From contig NC_068987.1 in assembly GCF_001194135.2 (NCBI RefSeq), positions 49,784,925-49,834,732 of the forward strand: 49,808 nt of DNA, in the 5' to 3' direction. Position 1 is the first letter of the stretch, and each line of letters opens with the position of its first letter. Both the position numbers and the translations under genes were made by a program. The notes beneath the pieces were generated by a model, which searched no databases, had not been told where the DNA came from, and saw only the letters and a program-made list of their open reading frames with translations. Of the stretch, positions 35,901 to 47,890 are shown piece by piece. The stretch comes from Octopus bimaculoides (lineage: Eukaryota).

Positions 35901-37116
35901 AGTAGCCTTAGGAGAGGTGGAGAGGGGGTTCAGCTTCGTGTCATAGAATGAAGGGATTACTATGAAAGAGGGAAGCAGGATCCTCAGGGGCACCTGCATG
36001 GTTGCTCACATCTAGGAGTAAAGCGGGAGAGAGAAAAGAGAAAGCGATCAGTTGGAGCTGTAAGACAGATAATGGCAATAAGGTGCTCAGGTGGTTGCAC
36101 AAGGCACAAGCTGAGTAGAAGTGGGCGATTGATTTGCAAGATTGTGTAGGAAGGTGAATGAAGGGTGTGGAGGCAGATTGCTAAAATTGGTAGAGTTGAA
36201 GGGACAAGAGTCATGAGCTTGGGAAAATAGAAGGATGCAGAAGAGTTGGGTTGGGGAGCAGTAAGAGTAGTAAAGATGATACAGTTGCAGTGAGGAAGAG
36301 GACAAAAAAAAAGTGGGGGAAGCATAATGCATGGACAGGGAGTCACTAATGGGTGGGAGACCCAAAATATAACACTTTCAGAACATATATCTATGCAATA
36401 GTTCTGCTTGTTCATTCTTTCACAGGTTACGCTTTAGTTTGTTTGAGAGAAGGGGTGGTGGAGTGAGGCTGACAGAGGAAGAGAGAGAGAGAATGGGAAC
36501 GGTGATGGAGGGGAAGTAAGTGAGGTAGCAGATAGCCACTGTCACGCTACCACTCAACCTAGTTAGTGGAAGTGAGAGGTGAAGAGAAAGAGAATAGGAG
36601 AAATGTTAACAATGTGAAGAAGGGAATTACATTAGTTAAAAAGTAAGAGGTAGAGATAAAAATATAAAATGTTTAGCAGAGGGAGATTTTAAAATCATAT
36701 TAGATATTATTGTGACCAGAAGTGAAATAACTAAACAAAACAGCCAGGGATGTTATTTTTGTTTTTAATTTGCAATGGAATTGAAACTAATCAGGTAAAT
36801 GAAAATATTATGTATATTCTCTATATTGTTTTATGTACATTAATTGTATATAATGTAAAGCAATTATGACGAAATATTGCATAACAAGGAATATGCAATT
36901 ATATATTGATCTAACATTTTCAATAGAATTAAATAGTAATGAATGATATGTGTATTAAGTATTGTATAAATTGTTCTTGTATATTTTTCTATCATTTTTA
37001 TCTTGCACAGGCAACAATAAGATTTATATGCAATAAAAATGCAAATCATCCTTTCTTTCTTAAGTAGTTCCTCTTAATTTTGTTCATTCCATGGAATTTC
37101 CATGGATCCTGCTACT

Positions 37117-37149
<33 letters not shown>

Positions 37150-37723
37150 NNNNNNNNNNNNNNNNNNNNNNNNNNNNNNNNNNNNNNNNNNNNNNNNNNN
37201 NNNNNNNNNNNNNNNNNNNNNNNNNNNNNNNNNNNNNNNNNNNNNNNNNNNNNNNNNNNNNNNNNNNNNNNNNNNNNNNNNNNNNNNNNNNNNNNNNNNN
37301 NNNNNNAGGAAGAACATCCGAAAATGAACCCCAGATTAAGGATAATGCAGTACCTAGGTTTCAGACTTTTCAAATACGTTTCACAACGTAAATCTGATTA
37401 GTCCTCATCAGCTGCATTCACCTAGACAACATTTCAAATGTTGCCACATCAATGCCAAGTATACTCACCCGAACGCCAAGCCGTTAACGGAACTGAGAAC
37501 AGTGAAGAAGTGAACAATGAAAAATATTTCAATACAAATGTATTAATACAAATGTATCAATTTCCAGCAAAAAATAGCCCTATAAGGGTATATATATAAA
37601 TTCATAAGAATGGTACAACAAGGTACCGATATTTACTGGACAATAGCAATCGATATAAAAACGACGCTATTGTATAGCTTCACTATATATATATAGATAT
37701 TCTTATTTTTTAATCTTAATCAG

Positions 37724-37902
37724 GTTATTTGACCCGAATACTGATATAATCAAAGCAGATTGGCACCCATTCAGAGATACTCCTTGGATATTACCATTAC
37801 AAAACCAACTCGCCAACTGGCGAAATACCATGGACAAAATTACCAAAGAAGTCCATGAGAATAATTCATTGGAAGATGTAACATTTATTCTTGATTTCCC
37901 AG
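37724..37902 (+). CDS. GGCX: GGCX coding exon (exon 11 equivalent), propeptide-binding region
   Basis: tcag|G..G|gtaagt; 179 nt; LFDPNTDIIKADWHPFRDTPWILPLQNQLANWRNTMDKITKEVHENNSLEDVTFILDFPG. Confidence 0.96.
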
Positions 37903-38590
37903 GTAAGTTAATTAGTTAATTATATATTGTAATTAAGATACTTTCTAATTACAATATCTGAGATATAAATAAAGCAATGCTTTTTTGCATAAGAATATAT
38001 TAAGAATAACTGCTAAGATTTTAATATAAATGTCAAGATACAACAGTAATGTTTATATTCTATCATTTACATTGAAAACTGAACAGTTAACTCATAATTT
38101 GATTTATGGAACTACTTCCTCTCACAAATATCCAATCAATGTAGGCTACCTTGCTATCTTTTATCTTTTACTTGTTTCAATCATTAGACTGCGACCATGC
38201 TGGGGCACTGCCTTGAAGAATTTTTAGTCAAATGAAATTGACTCCAGTACTTTTTTTTAAAGCGTGGTAGTTATTCTGTTGATTTCTTTTGCCAAAACAC
38301 TAAGTTATGAGGATATACCATACAAACCCATGTAATTTGCATACCTGTGTAATTTATGCAGGTGATTTTCAGGATAAAATTTGTTAGAAAAAGCTTCTAT
38401 TCATGTAAAATTCACGCCCCAAAATTTTCAGAATTGCCAATATGGCCAGGGGAAAAAGGTTTTCAATTTAGTTGTATTTAGCATAATTTCACTTACTTAT
38501 TAGATTTTATTAAATTTTCATAAAATAAAAATAATTTCTGTTTAACAAGTATCACATTAAAAGCTATTAAATTACAAAGTGTTTGTGTTG

Positions 38591-38785
38591 TTTTAGTACT
38601 GAGAGGTAATATTCATTCCCTACTTAAGCATGGATGTTCAGTTAGAATAAACTATACTGTGATAGATACCATGAGAAACTCTCATATTGGCTTTTGGTAC
38701 AAAATGTACTCTTGTTTATATTACTAGCAGGGAGATAAATCCCTGCCATCTCCAACTCCAAGACTGCCATATCATGCAATTTTGA
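38591..38785 (+). repeat. Copy 1 of a duplicated intronic segment
   Basis: 151/158 identical to 41122..41279; homology resumes at tgcaattttga. Confidence 0.95.
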
Positions 38786-39463
38786 ACAATAGCTTGGTTA
38801 TTTCCTTTCAGTGTGTACTTGACATACTTAATTCACCTCACTGAGGCAATGATTTCAATGCTGCAGTGACATTTGAATGTTCTTAAGAGTTATATTATAA
38901 GGTACAATGTATTTATTGTTTATTTTTCTTTTCTTATGAGATACAACTTCTTCCATTGCAACTGATCTTTGTCTATAAAGAGATTGTCTGTTTTTCTGCC
39001 TTTTGTTTAAGATGATAAAGATTAATATTTTATTTTAAATATAATAGTAATTTTCCTCTTTAAAGAAAAAAAAATCAAGTACCCATGATTCAAAAATATC
39101 TCATAAAAATATAAGAATTTCTATCTTTCAAGTCCATAACACTCCAAAAGTTGTTTAAATGATTAAGGGAAGAAAAAAGGGATGGATGATGGTAGCTTTG
39201 ATGACTCTTTGAAGTGTCCATATTTCCAATTTGCTTTTTTTTTCTTAAAGGGGGAAATGACTATTTTATTTGTACTATTTATCATCTTAACCAAATGGCA
39301 GAAAAACAGAGAAACTTTGAGTTTTGTATAATATAGATATGGCAGGCTTCTTTCAGTTTCTGTCTACCAAATCCAAACTTCTTAATCATACAGACACACC
39401 TGCATTTGTAATTACTGCAAATTCTTCTCTAATAGTCTTTAAAATCTTCTTTCTCTTTTTTAG

Positions 39464-39594
39464 GATATCATCTTGAAAATTTTATACCAGATGATCTTCT
39501 TAAGAATCGGTTAACAGTGCTGGAAGGATCAGTAATTGTTGAGATACCTGAGCAAGAAAAGAACTACACACTACACAAAGGTGATAGTGTAAAG
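39464..39594 (+). CDS. GGCX: GGCX coding exon (exon 12 equivalent)
   Basis: ttag|GA..AAG|gtagga; 131 nt; YHLENFIPDDLLKNRLTVLEGSVIVEIPEQEKNYTLHKGDSVK; NYT sequon aligns with human NQT. Confidence 0.96.
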
Positions 39595-39849
39595 GTAGGA
39601 TGTTTCTAACAAAATAGCAGACTTTTTTGATAAATATATTGATTTACTTTTCTGTTTTAATATCTTTTACTTAAAGTTAAATACTTTCATATGATCTGCT
39701 ATCAGACATTATAAGTGCCAATGTATGACAGAAATAAAGAGTAACAAAAATTAGACTTGATCAACATATTTAAAGCTTAGTTCAAGGGCTGTTACTCTTT
39801 TCTGATTCATGTAGGTTCATATAGTGTCTAACTTCATTTAATAATAATA

Positions 39850-40040
39850 ATAATGGTTTCAAATTCTGACACTTCAAGGCCTGCAGTTTTGAGGGAGGAA
39901 GTCAATTACATTGGTCCCAGTAATCAACTGGTACTTATTTTATTGGCCCCAAAAGGATGAAAGGCAAAGTTGACCATGGTGGAATTTGAACTTAGAACAT
40001 ACAGATGGATGAAATACTGCTAAGCATTTTGCCAGATGTG
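39850..40040 (-). mobile_element. tRNA-SINE family B
   Basis: ggtacttattttattggccccaaaaggatgaaaggcaaagttgacc. Confidence 0.75.
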
Positions 40041-40614
40041 CTAATGGTTCTGCCTACTCCACTCAGGTATACTACAACTTCTCAGAAAGAGTGGACACAA
40101 AGCAGCCATAAGTCAAGTTAAAAAAGACAGCAATGAAAACTAGGAGTACATAGAATAAAACACTGGAAAATAGAAAAGTGAACAGTAAAAGGAAAGGGGT
40201 GCATAAGCAACATCAGGTGAATTTCAAGAAACATGGAATTTTTGAAGGATGCAGTGTCCTGACAGCTAACCATTGACATAGATAGTTTATTCCATGCTTT
40301 GATAATCTGAGCATGAAATGTTTTACAAATTTAGACTTAATGTGAAATAGAAACCAGTGAGAGTGTCTCTTGAGTGGAAGCTAGATAGGAATTTTAGGAG
40401 GTGAGGCAGATCCATTGAGACCTGCAGGAGGGTTGAGGTGAGGAGGAGGACCCGACAGATATGGGTGTGGCCTGGCCTGGAAGCAGGCTCACAACAGTTT
40501 TTGCAACTATGATGGAAATTTCTCATCACCTAATGCTCCATAGGGAGTGGGAGTGACTAAGACATAGACTGAAGAAGAGTATATATTTATACTTTCTCAG
40601 TGCTATAGAAGGTA

Positions 40615-40770
40615 TCATCATCATTTAACATCCACCTTCCATGCTAGCATGGGTTGAATGGTTTGACAGGAGCTGGCCAGGCAGAAGATTGCACCAGACC
40701 TCTGTGTCTATTTTGGCACAGTTTTTATGGCTGGATGCCTTTCCTATCACCAACCACCCAACAGAGTGTA
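40615..40770 (-). mobile_element. Family D RTE-tail element
   Basis: catcatcatttaacatccaccttccatgctagcatggg. Confidence 0.65.
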
Positions 40771-41121
40771 TTTTAAAACAATGCTTAATCAAAAATAGAT
40801 CAATAACTAAACTGAAAAATAATGATGTCTATTGGACTAAAGAAAGAGAAAGTGACAGTTATCTAAACTAATTATAATGTTCATGCCAGCATGGTGATGA
40901 TGATGATGATGACATAGACAAGTAGGATTGCTTATGTAATGTAACTTGATGTTGTATACTGCTGGTTGTATGATGTTGTATACAATATGCCATCCATTGA
41001 TTGTAGGAAGTATTTGTGGTACCCTCTACATGTAAAGAAAATGTACAATGTACCACAAATTGATTTTAGTGGATTCAAATGGTAGAAGTAGATCAAAAAT
41101 ATATATTAGTGATAGAGGCAG

Positions 41122-41295
41122 TTTTAGTACTGAGAGGTAATATTCATCCCCCACTTAAACGTGGATGTTCAGTTAAAATAAACTATACTGTGATAGATAC
41201 CATGAGAAACTCTCATATTGGCTTTTGGTACAAAATGTACTCTTGTTTATATCACTAACAGGGAGATAAATCCCTGCCAGATTGTGCAATTTTGA
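41122..41295 (+). repeat. Copy 2 of the duplicated intronic segment (H/ACA-like layout, unproven)
   Basis: Direct repeat of 38591..38785 in the next intron. Confidence 0.95.
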
Positions 41296-41607
41296 CCTTT
41301 ATTGTTCTCATCAATGATGGGCGCTTGACCACAAGAGATAGCAGTGATTCATCCCCCCACTAGCAATATACAAAAAAAAAACAGTGTCAGAACAGGTGCT
41401 AGTGTTACAATTAGCCAGTGAGGCATTGTGAGATCAGGTCTGTGATACTAGTTTTTGATAAGAACAAGGTAGTATGGCACAACCTAGCAACCTATGTTGA
41501 TCTGGAAAAGTAGGTGAAGAAATGATGAAGATGTAAACCTTGTAAAAAAATCAAATGAACCCTGGTTATAAACTCTTAATGTGGGGGAATAATTTTTTTC
41601 AATATAT

Positions 41608-42030
41608 AGGTGCAGGCATAGCTGTGTGGTAAGAAGTTTGCTTTCAATTGCTTAGTTCTGAGTTCATTCCCATTGCTTAACACTTTGGGCAAGTGCCTGG
41701 TACTATAGGCTCAGACTAAGCAAAGCCTTGTGAATGGATTTGGTAGATGGGAATTGAAAGAAGTTCATCATATATGTGTAGATATATATACATGTGTGTG
41801 TCTTTGTGCTTGTGTTTGTCCCCCACCAGCACTTGACAACTGATGTTGGTTTGTTTATGTCCCTGTAATCCAGCAGTCATCAAACAGAGACTAGTGGAAT
41901 AAGTACCAGGTTTTTTTGTTTTTTTTAAATTAAGTACTGGAGTCAGTTATTTGACTAAAACAACTTTCAACATTGTGCCCCAGTATAGCCTCTGTCCAAT
42001 GACTGAAACAAATAAAAGATGAAAGATATT
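41608..42030 (+). mobile_element. tRNA-SINE family A, full length, diverged
   Basis: ggcatagctgtgtggtaagaagtttgc...gactgaaacaaataaaag. Confidence 0.75.
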
Positions 42031-42386
42031 AAATAGCCATATGTATACATCATTGGAAGGCTGTGAATTTTGTCTGAGAGAAAATCTTTAAAGTCATTGT
42101 TGGGATGATGTTCATCTTGCATTAATACATATTGTTTTTAACAGATGTCTATGAAGAGATTTTGTCTCAGACAAAAACCACGGCTTCATGCCTTTTAATG
42201 GTGTACATAAACACACACACATGTGTGTGTGTGTTAAGTGTGATACACAGATGGCAATTTTAATGTTGCTTTAGTTGCATATACCAAGTTTTTCAATATT
42301 TTTGGAAAGCATCAGTATTGCTCCTGTTTTAAGAATATTTATTGTGCTAATGCTTCAGTTTCACTTTTATTTTTACTTATGTAAAG

Positions 42387-42537
42387 GTTCCTTCTGGAGA
42401 GTTCCATATCGTCCATACAGTTTCATCAGGTCCTGCAGGTTATATGTATACGTATCTCAGCCAGAAGAAGTGGAGCGAAAGCACGGCAACCTGTCCTCGG
42501 CTCAAATGGTATCAGAAACTGCCACAAGATCCACAGT
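42387..42537 (+). CDS. GGCX: GGCX coding exon (exon 13 equivalent)
   Basis: aaag|GTT..T|gtaagt; 151 nt; VPSGEFHIVHTVSSGPAGYMYTYLSQKKWSESTATCPRLKWYQKLPQDPQ resembles human [23 protein letters not shown]. Confidence 0.92.
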
Positions 42538-42623
42538 GTAAGTAGCTCTTAACAAGCACAGCAACTGACTGTCTGATGCATTGGATTACAGACCCAATGG
42601 TTTTGAGTTCAAATAAAGCAATC

Positions 42624-42990
42624 AGTAGTAGAGGATTTGTAGGACACAGTGTGAGACGACTGCTGTTATCGTTAGGCCTAACTCATTGTAAGGTAAATAC
42701 CACCTTGACCGATATCCAAAATACAGTGGAGAAGGCTAGCTACTGGATTTGGTAAAAAAGAGACGATGAGCGATGGCTAGAGAAATATTGAGCTTTGTTT
42801 TTAATAACCAGTTGATCTAGCAAGCGGGGCCTCATATCAGTGAGGGGGACCGGTGCGCATTGATGCTGTCGAGAGGTAGGCCCCGAAACGGCGCACATTC
42901 TCTCCTGATGACCCCATACACTTGCTGGCTTCTGGTATGCAGAGTTCTTGACTGGTAGCACTTGCATGTGCGAGTTGTTTGCAAGACATA
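42624..42990 (+). mobile_element. 3' end of a restriction-like-endonuclease LINE (HERO/NeSL-like) with structured 3' UTR
   Basis: SRGFVGHSVRRLLLSLGL..VEKASYWIW*KRDDERWLEKY* resembles the RLE C-terminus GCRGF..AERASxWLW. Confidence 0.55.
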
Positions 42991-43614
42991 CAATAGATGT
43001 ATGTGCATGTGTTTCAGTTGTTAGTTTAAGAAAGATGGAGAATAACAATAGCTTTTCATGCATTTCCTAGAGTAAGGATCACACATTTCCTAGAATTAAG
43101 GCTAAATGAAATGATATGTTAGTATAAAGGGGACATTGTCTACACAAGAGATCTAAAAACTCAGGAACATCTTACAACACATAAAATAATGAAAAAAAAA
43201 AAAAAGTTCTATGTTAGAGAAGCACCCACTCTTTCTGATAAGAATTTGCTGGAATAGATTTCTGTTACCTTATTTAGATCCATAGGAGTTCTTGACCTCA
43301 GTATCGTAGGCTAATTTGAATTAGGGCATGCCTCCAGTGCTTACATCATCATCATTTAAACTGGCCATATCTAGCCAAAATATTAGCTGATATTTCTAGC
43401 AGGCTGGGCAACTACATATAGGTTTCTGCCTTGGGAGCCTCTATGTGTGGGAGTTTACCAATCAAATGGACAGCTATCTTTGGATGTTATCTAGCATTAT
43501 GCAAATGTGGTACAGTGCACCATTCCAGGCTGTGTACACATTGTATCCGTGTAAAACTCTAGATATCTCTCGCTTTTGAAGAATTAGACTAACTCTCTAA
43601 AACTAGCCATTTCT

Positions 43615-43745
43615 TAGCATTCTGTTGACATATACTGTCTTTGTTACAATTAATTTTGAAATGAAAAGTAAATAACTTTGTCATTAAGCTGGTATTTGAA
43701 ACATAAATTAACATGAAATTTTGATGGAAAGCTTTTAGATTAATT
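43615..43745. mobile_element. MITE family 1 fragment (reverse orientation)
   Basis: aataactttgtcattaagctggtatttgaaacataaattaacatgaaattttgatgg. Confidence 0.65.
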
Positions 43746-43908
43746 ATCCTAGAACCAAGGCCAGTCTCAAGTGGGTTGGTATCAAAACGTTTAAGTACTG
43801 CAAAGAACTTTTGTTTGACACTCTTACTGATTACACCATCTTTGAAAATATGTTTAGGAATTATTGAAGATATTGCTTTAATCTGTTAATCTTTTTTTCT
43901 TTTTACAG

Positions 43909-43978
43909 TCCATAATCCAAACCTGTTGGAGACGTTTATAAATTTCCTGAAATTAAAATATTTCATGTTTTCTAGGAG
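43909..43978 (+). CDS. GGCX: GGCX coding exon (shortened exon 14 equivalent)
   Basis: acag|TC..AG|gtgagt; 70 nt; FHNPNLLETFINFLKLKYFMFSRS resembles human RFFRFLLRKLYVFRRS. Confidence 0.88.
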
Positions 43979-44024
43979 GTGAGTATTTCATAGCTTGCTT
44001 TCTCTTTCTCATGTATCTTCACCA

Positions 44025-44200
44025 TCATCATTTAATGCCTGTCTTCCTTGCTGGCATGGGTTAGACAGTTCAACAGAATCCAGTGAGTCAGAGGATTGTG
44101 CTGTGCTCTTGTATCTGCTTTGGTATGGTTCCTACAGCTGGACACCCTTCCTAATGCCAGTCACCTTACATTGAGTATTGGGTGCTTTTTTAGTGGCACC
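44025..44200 (-). mobile_element. Family D RTE-tail element
   Basis: catcatcatttaatgcctgtcttccttgctggcatggg. Confidence 0.6.
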
Positions 44201-44674
44201 AGGAGATTGCAAAAAATACCCTCTCAGAGCAGAAAGGAAGGCAGTTTTATGTTAAGTGTTGAGAGGCTAACATGTAAAAAAGGGATATATATATATGCAC
44301 AACATAGCATGTATTAGAAAACCTAAGATAAATTCAAAGTAAGTTACACTATAACCTTTAAGTCTCTTGTGAAACCTTGGTAGATGCCAATACATGTTAT
44401 TCTTTGTACACAGAAAAATAAGCGAGTGTCCTGACATATCATTGTTCATTGATCTCATTTGTGAACAATTACCCGACTCATTGTTCTATCTGTAAAGAGA
44501 ACTTATAGCAAATAACTACTTAAATATCAACTAGAACTTAGTTATAATGGCTAAACTATGTATGCATGCACATTTTTATCTAATGTAATGTATGTGTACA
44601 TATGTCTATGAATTTAAGCATGTAATAAATGCATGTATTAATTTCGCAGTTAAAGGGCTAAATGATGATGACAA

Positions 44675-44845
44675 TTATTAAGTCAATCACATCAGTCCCA
44701 GTACGCAACTTGTACTTATTTATCAACACTAAAAGGATGAAAGGCAAACTCAACCTCAGCAGAATTTGAACTCAGAAGATAAAGATGGACAAAGTGTCAC
44801 TAAGCATTTTTCCCAGCATGCTAATGATTCTGCCAGCTCACTACT
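44675..44845 (-). mobile_element. tRNA-SINE family B
   Basis: aaaaggatgaaaggcaaactcaacctcagcagaatttgaactcag. Confidence 0.75.
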
Positions 44846-44889
44846 TTGAAAATTATTAATATTTTTTTCTTCTTTTTTTTCTCTTTTAG

Positions 44890-45025
44890 TCTCACATTAT
44901 CTCTGGGGGCAGTGAAAAGTATTATCAGTGGCCAGCCTTTTGAAAGAATATTGAATGAAACCTATGAATATGAAAATACACATGTCGAAAGATCTGTGAA
45001 AAACCATGCAAGACTATTTCTATGA
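44890..45025 (+). CDS. GGCX: GGCX terminal coding exon (exon 15 equivalent)
   Basis: ttag|T..TGA; 136 nt; SLTLSLGAVKSIISGQPFERILNETYEYENTHVERSVKNHARLFL* resembles human [22 protein letters not shown]. Confidence 0.88.
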
Positions 45026-45861
45026 AATGAAAGTTGGATGGCAAAGATAGAAAAATCTCTTAACAGAGATGGCAAAGATAGGAAAATCTCATGTCATCTG
45101 TCATATAACTGCCAGATTTTATTGAATCTCTTATAAAGCTATTTATGAAATTCATGCTTAAAGTAAAATTTTAATATATATATAAAACAGATTTTGAACA
45201 ATTTTAAAAATGTTTCAAAGCAAAAAAATCAAAATTTTCATCATTTCTCAATGAATTCTCATCAATATTTCAGTTTAAATAAATTTCATTTAATGCATTT
45301 AAATTAAAAGGCGTTTGCTGTATTAGGAAGTTGTTACTTCAAACTTTTTCCTACTTAATTTTTATATTAATTTTCTTGAAATTGTTTTTGTGTTTTCATC
45401 TTAAGAGATCTTGGTTACTCTTCTTAACACTAACCAACAATTCAAAGCTGAAGTGAATGTTGAACTAATTTTTCTGCATGTCAGACTTCAGTACCTACTA
45501 CAATGTACTATGATGTGTGTGTGTGTGTGTAAAGAGATGATGAATAAAACATCCATAGTTATTAAGAGCTCAATTATAAATAGGTCATTTAACACTGCAG
45601 GAAATTGAGTGGATGAAACGTGTGTACATAATTGGCTAAAACAATCCTTAAAAGCTACACATTTAGAATAAAATGGTAGTATTCCTGATGATTTGGAATA
45701 AGCATTGCTTTAAATTAACTTTCATTAATTGTGCATCTTAATTATGAAATTATACAATTAATTATGCTTAATCCTAATGAAACAGCTGTAGAAAGTATTT
45801 AAATTATGATATATCTGTGAAATTTATGCTTTTCTACATTTATTCTATATATATATAAACA

Positions 45862-46010
45862 TAGGTGTGTGGTTAAAAAGTTTGCTTCCTGATCATGTTG
45901 TTCCAGATCTAATCCCACAGAACAGCATCTTGGGCATGTGTCACCTACTGTAGCCCAAAGAGTGGATTTGATAGATGGAAACTGAAGGAATCCTGTCATG
46001 TGTGTGTGTG
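45862..46010 (+). mobile_element. tRNA-SINE family A 5' half
   Basis: gtgtgtggttaaaaagtttgcttcc...gatggaaactgaagg. Confidence 0.65.
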
Positions 46011-46309
46011 TGTGTGCGTTTGTAAATGAGTGCCACCATCATACAAACAGTCATTCATTTCCAGTCTCCCATGAAAACATGCCTTGTCGTGGTAGAATAT
46101 TACCTTGCTTGGTAATAGACAAGGAAGGGCAACTCACAGTAAAAAATCTGCCTCAACAAATTCCATGGGGCATTGAGCATCATCATCATTTTAATATCCA
46201 CTTTTCCTTGGAAGCATGGAAAAGTGGACATTAAAACAAAGAGAATGATATTGAGATAAATTTAATTTTAAAACAAACCTTAACAAAAATACATATCTTC
46301 TCAGTTTTG

Positions 46310-46640
46310 GAGCCTGTGACATTGTTGAAGGTTGATGAGAAGAGGCCTGATGTGTTGACTCTTCATCTCTAGAAGACTAAGCACATGTTTTATAAGAGAC
46401 ACTAAAGTAAGTGATTCTTTCACCCACTCACATTCTCTAAATGCTATAATGAAAGTGGGGAAACACATGTGCAACTGAATGGAGTAAATCACAGAAGTAT
46501 TGCCAACAAGAAATTATTTAATCCATGGCATTCAAGAATTTGGAGAAGCTGTTCTGCCAGCTACAAGTCCCTGGGCAAACCCAAATGTCAGGTAAGGCTT
46601 GCAAGAAGTGGGGCATGTTATTCCAGTGTCTCAGCCTCGT
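46310..46640 (+). mobile_element. Highly decayed RLE-domain LINE fragment (CRE-like)
   Basis: EKRPDVLTLHL*KTKH resembles the KRPDGLTL.PW..GK motif. Confidence 0.35.
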
Positions 46641-46985
46641 GATTGTTCACAATAATGGTGTGAATGACTTGAGCTGCTTCCGTTGATAAAATGAAGAAAA
46701 AAAATTCTAACGATGAAAAAGTCGAAAATAAATTAATCATTCATAAAATGAATATATTATTTTAATAAATCATAGCATACTTTTATTACGTTTGTAGTGT
46801 AGTTTTATTATATTAAAAATACACTTAGACCTAAGTAAAAAAAAAAAAACAAGTATTAAATATAATTTTGGGAAAAACTTTAAAAAAATGAATTCACTAT
46901 AAATATATACATACACACACACACATGTATATATATGTATATAGGTAAATAAATATATACACATATAAATATACATTCACATATA

Positions 46986-47125
46986 CAGTAATCCCTCGAC
47001 TATCGCAGGTGTTACATTCCAAAACCTCCCGCAGAAATAATCAAAATCTAAAAAAGTATAAATACCTATTGGCCGCAGAAACCTGTGATATATTGAGGAA
47101 TCCACGATATGGCAAGGAATTATTG
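46986..47125. mobile_element. Tigger-type MITE
   Basis: TA|cagtaatccctcgactatcgc ... cgatatggcaaggaattattg|TA. Confidence 0.8.
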
Positions 47126-47656
47126 TACATACATATACACATTCTCACATACAATAGTGAAATAACTGAACTATAGTATTTTACTGCTGATAAACTAAAT
47201 GCTAAGCAATTATCTTTGTTTACCACTTGTGCAAATTAAAATATTACTCTCTTACTTGAACATACGACCAACTTTTGAAAGAGATATATATAACAGATTG
47301 CATCCAATGCCGTATATTTCTGATTCATTTTCAATTGACCCTAGAAGAATGTAATGTAAAGTTAAGCCTAATGAGATTTGACTCCGTCAAATGTATTGCT
47401 TATTTATTCACACTGTTTTGAATTAATTATATGCATTATCTCATAGCTTCAAGACTTTGATGATGTATTTGTTTGTTTTTAGACTGACATTGTAGTATAG
47501 GTGTGAGAGAGCTTCAAGACTTCAATAATGTGATTTTTTTTTTTAGAATAACATTGTACAGAAGGTGTGAGAGGCTAGATCTAGTATTTTTAAACATGAA
47601 ACAAGTAGAATATTTTGCCAGTTTAAATGCTAATGGGTTAACAAGTAACTTAAAGG

Positions 47657-47890
47657 AGAAGGCGGTGAACTGGCAGAAACGTTAGCACACCGGGCGAAAT
47701 ACTTAGCGGGATTTCGTCTGTCTTTAAGTTCTGAGTTCAAATTCCGCCGAGGTCAACTTTGCCTTTCATCCTTTCGGGGTCGCTAAATTAAGTACCAGTT
47801 AGACACTGGGGTCGATGTAATCGACTTAATCCCTTTGTCTGTCCTTGTTTGTCCCCTCTATGTTTAGCCCCTTGTGGGCAATAAAGAAAT
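47657..47890 (+). mobile_element. tRNA-SINE family B, young full-length copy
   Basis: A box tggcagaaacg, B box gagttcaaattcc; perfect 14-bp TSD aagtaacttaaagg. Confidence 0.9.

Noticed and set aside
35984-36415. 143-aa minus-strand ORF
   Set aside because: Probably a decayed LINE linker region in purine-rich sequence; no motif strong enough to call.
42145-42215. Pseudo-exon reading ..ASCLLMVYINT, resembling human SCYMYVYVNT
   Set aside because: Wrong phase and no donor; 42387..42537 is a far better match.
42826-42912. HDV-like or hammerhead call for the GC-rich segment
   Set aside because: Lacks the L3/P1.1/catalytic C pattern; the CUGAUGA at about 42906 has no matching stem II.
45278-45672. 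AATAAA polyadenylation signals (45278, 45543, 45667)
   Set aside because: Expected by chance in such AT-rich DNA; the used site needs 3'-end data.
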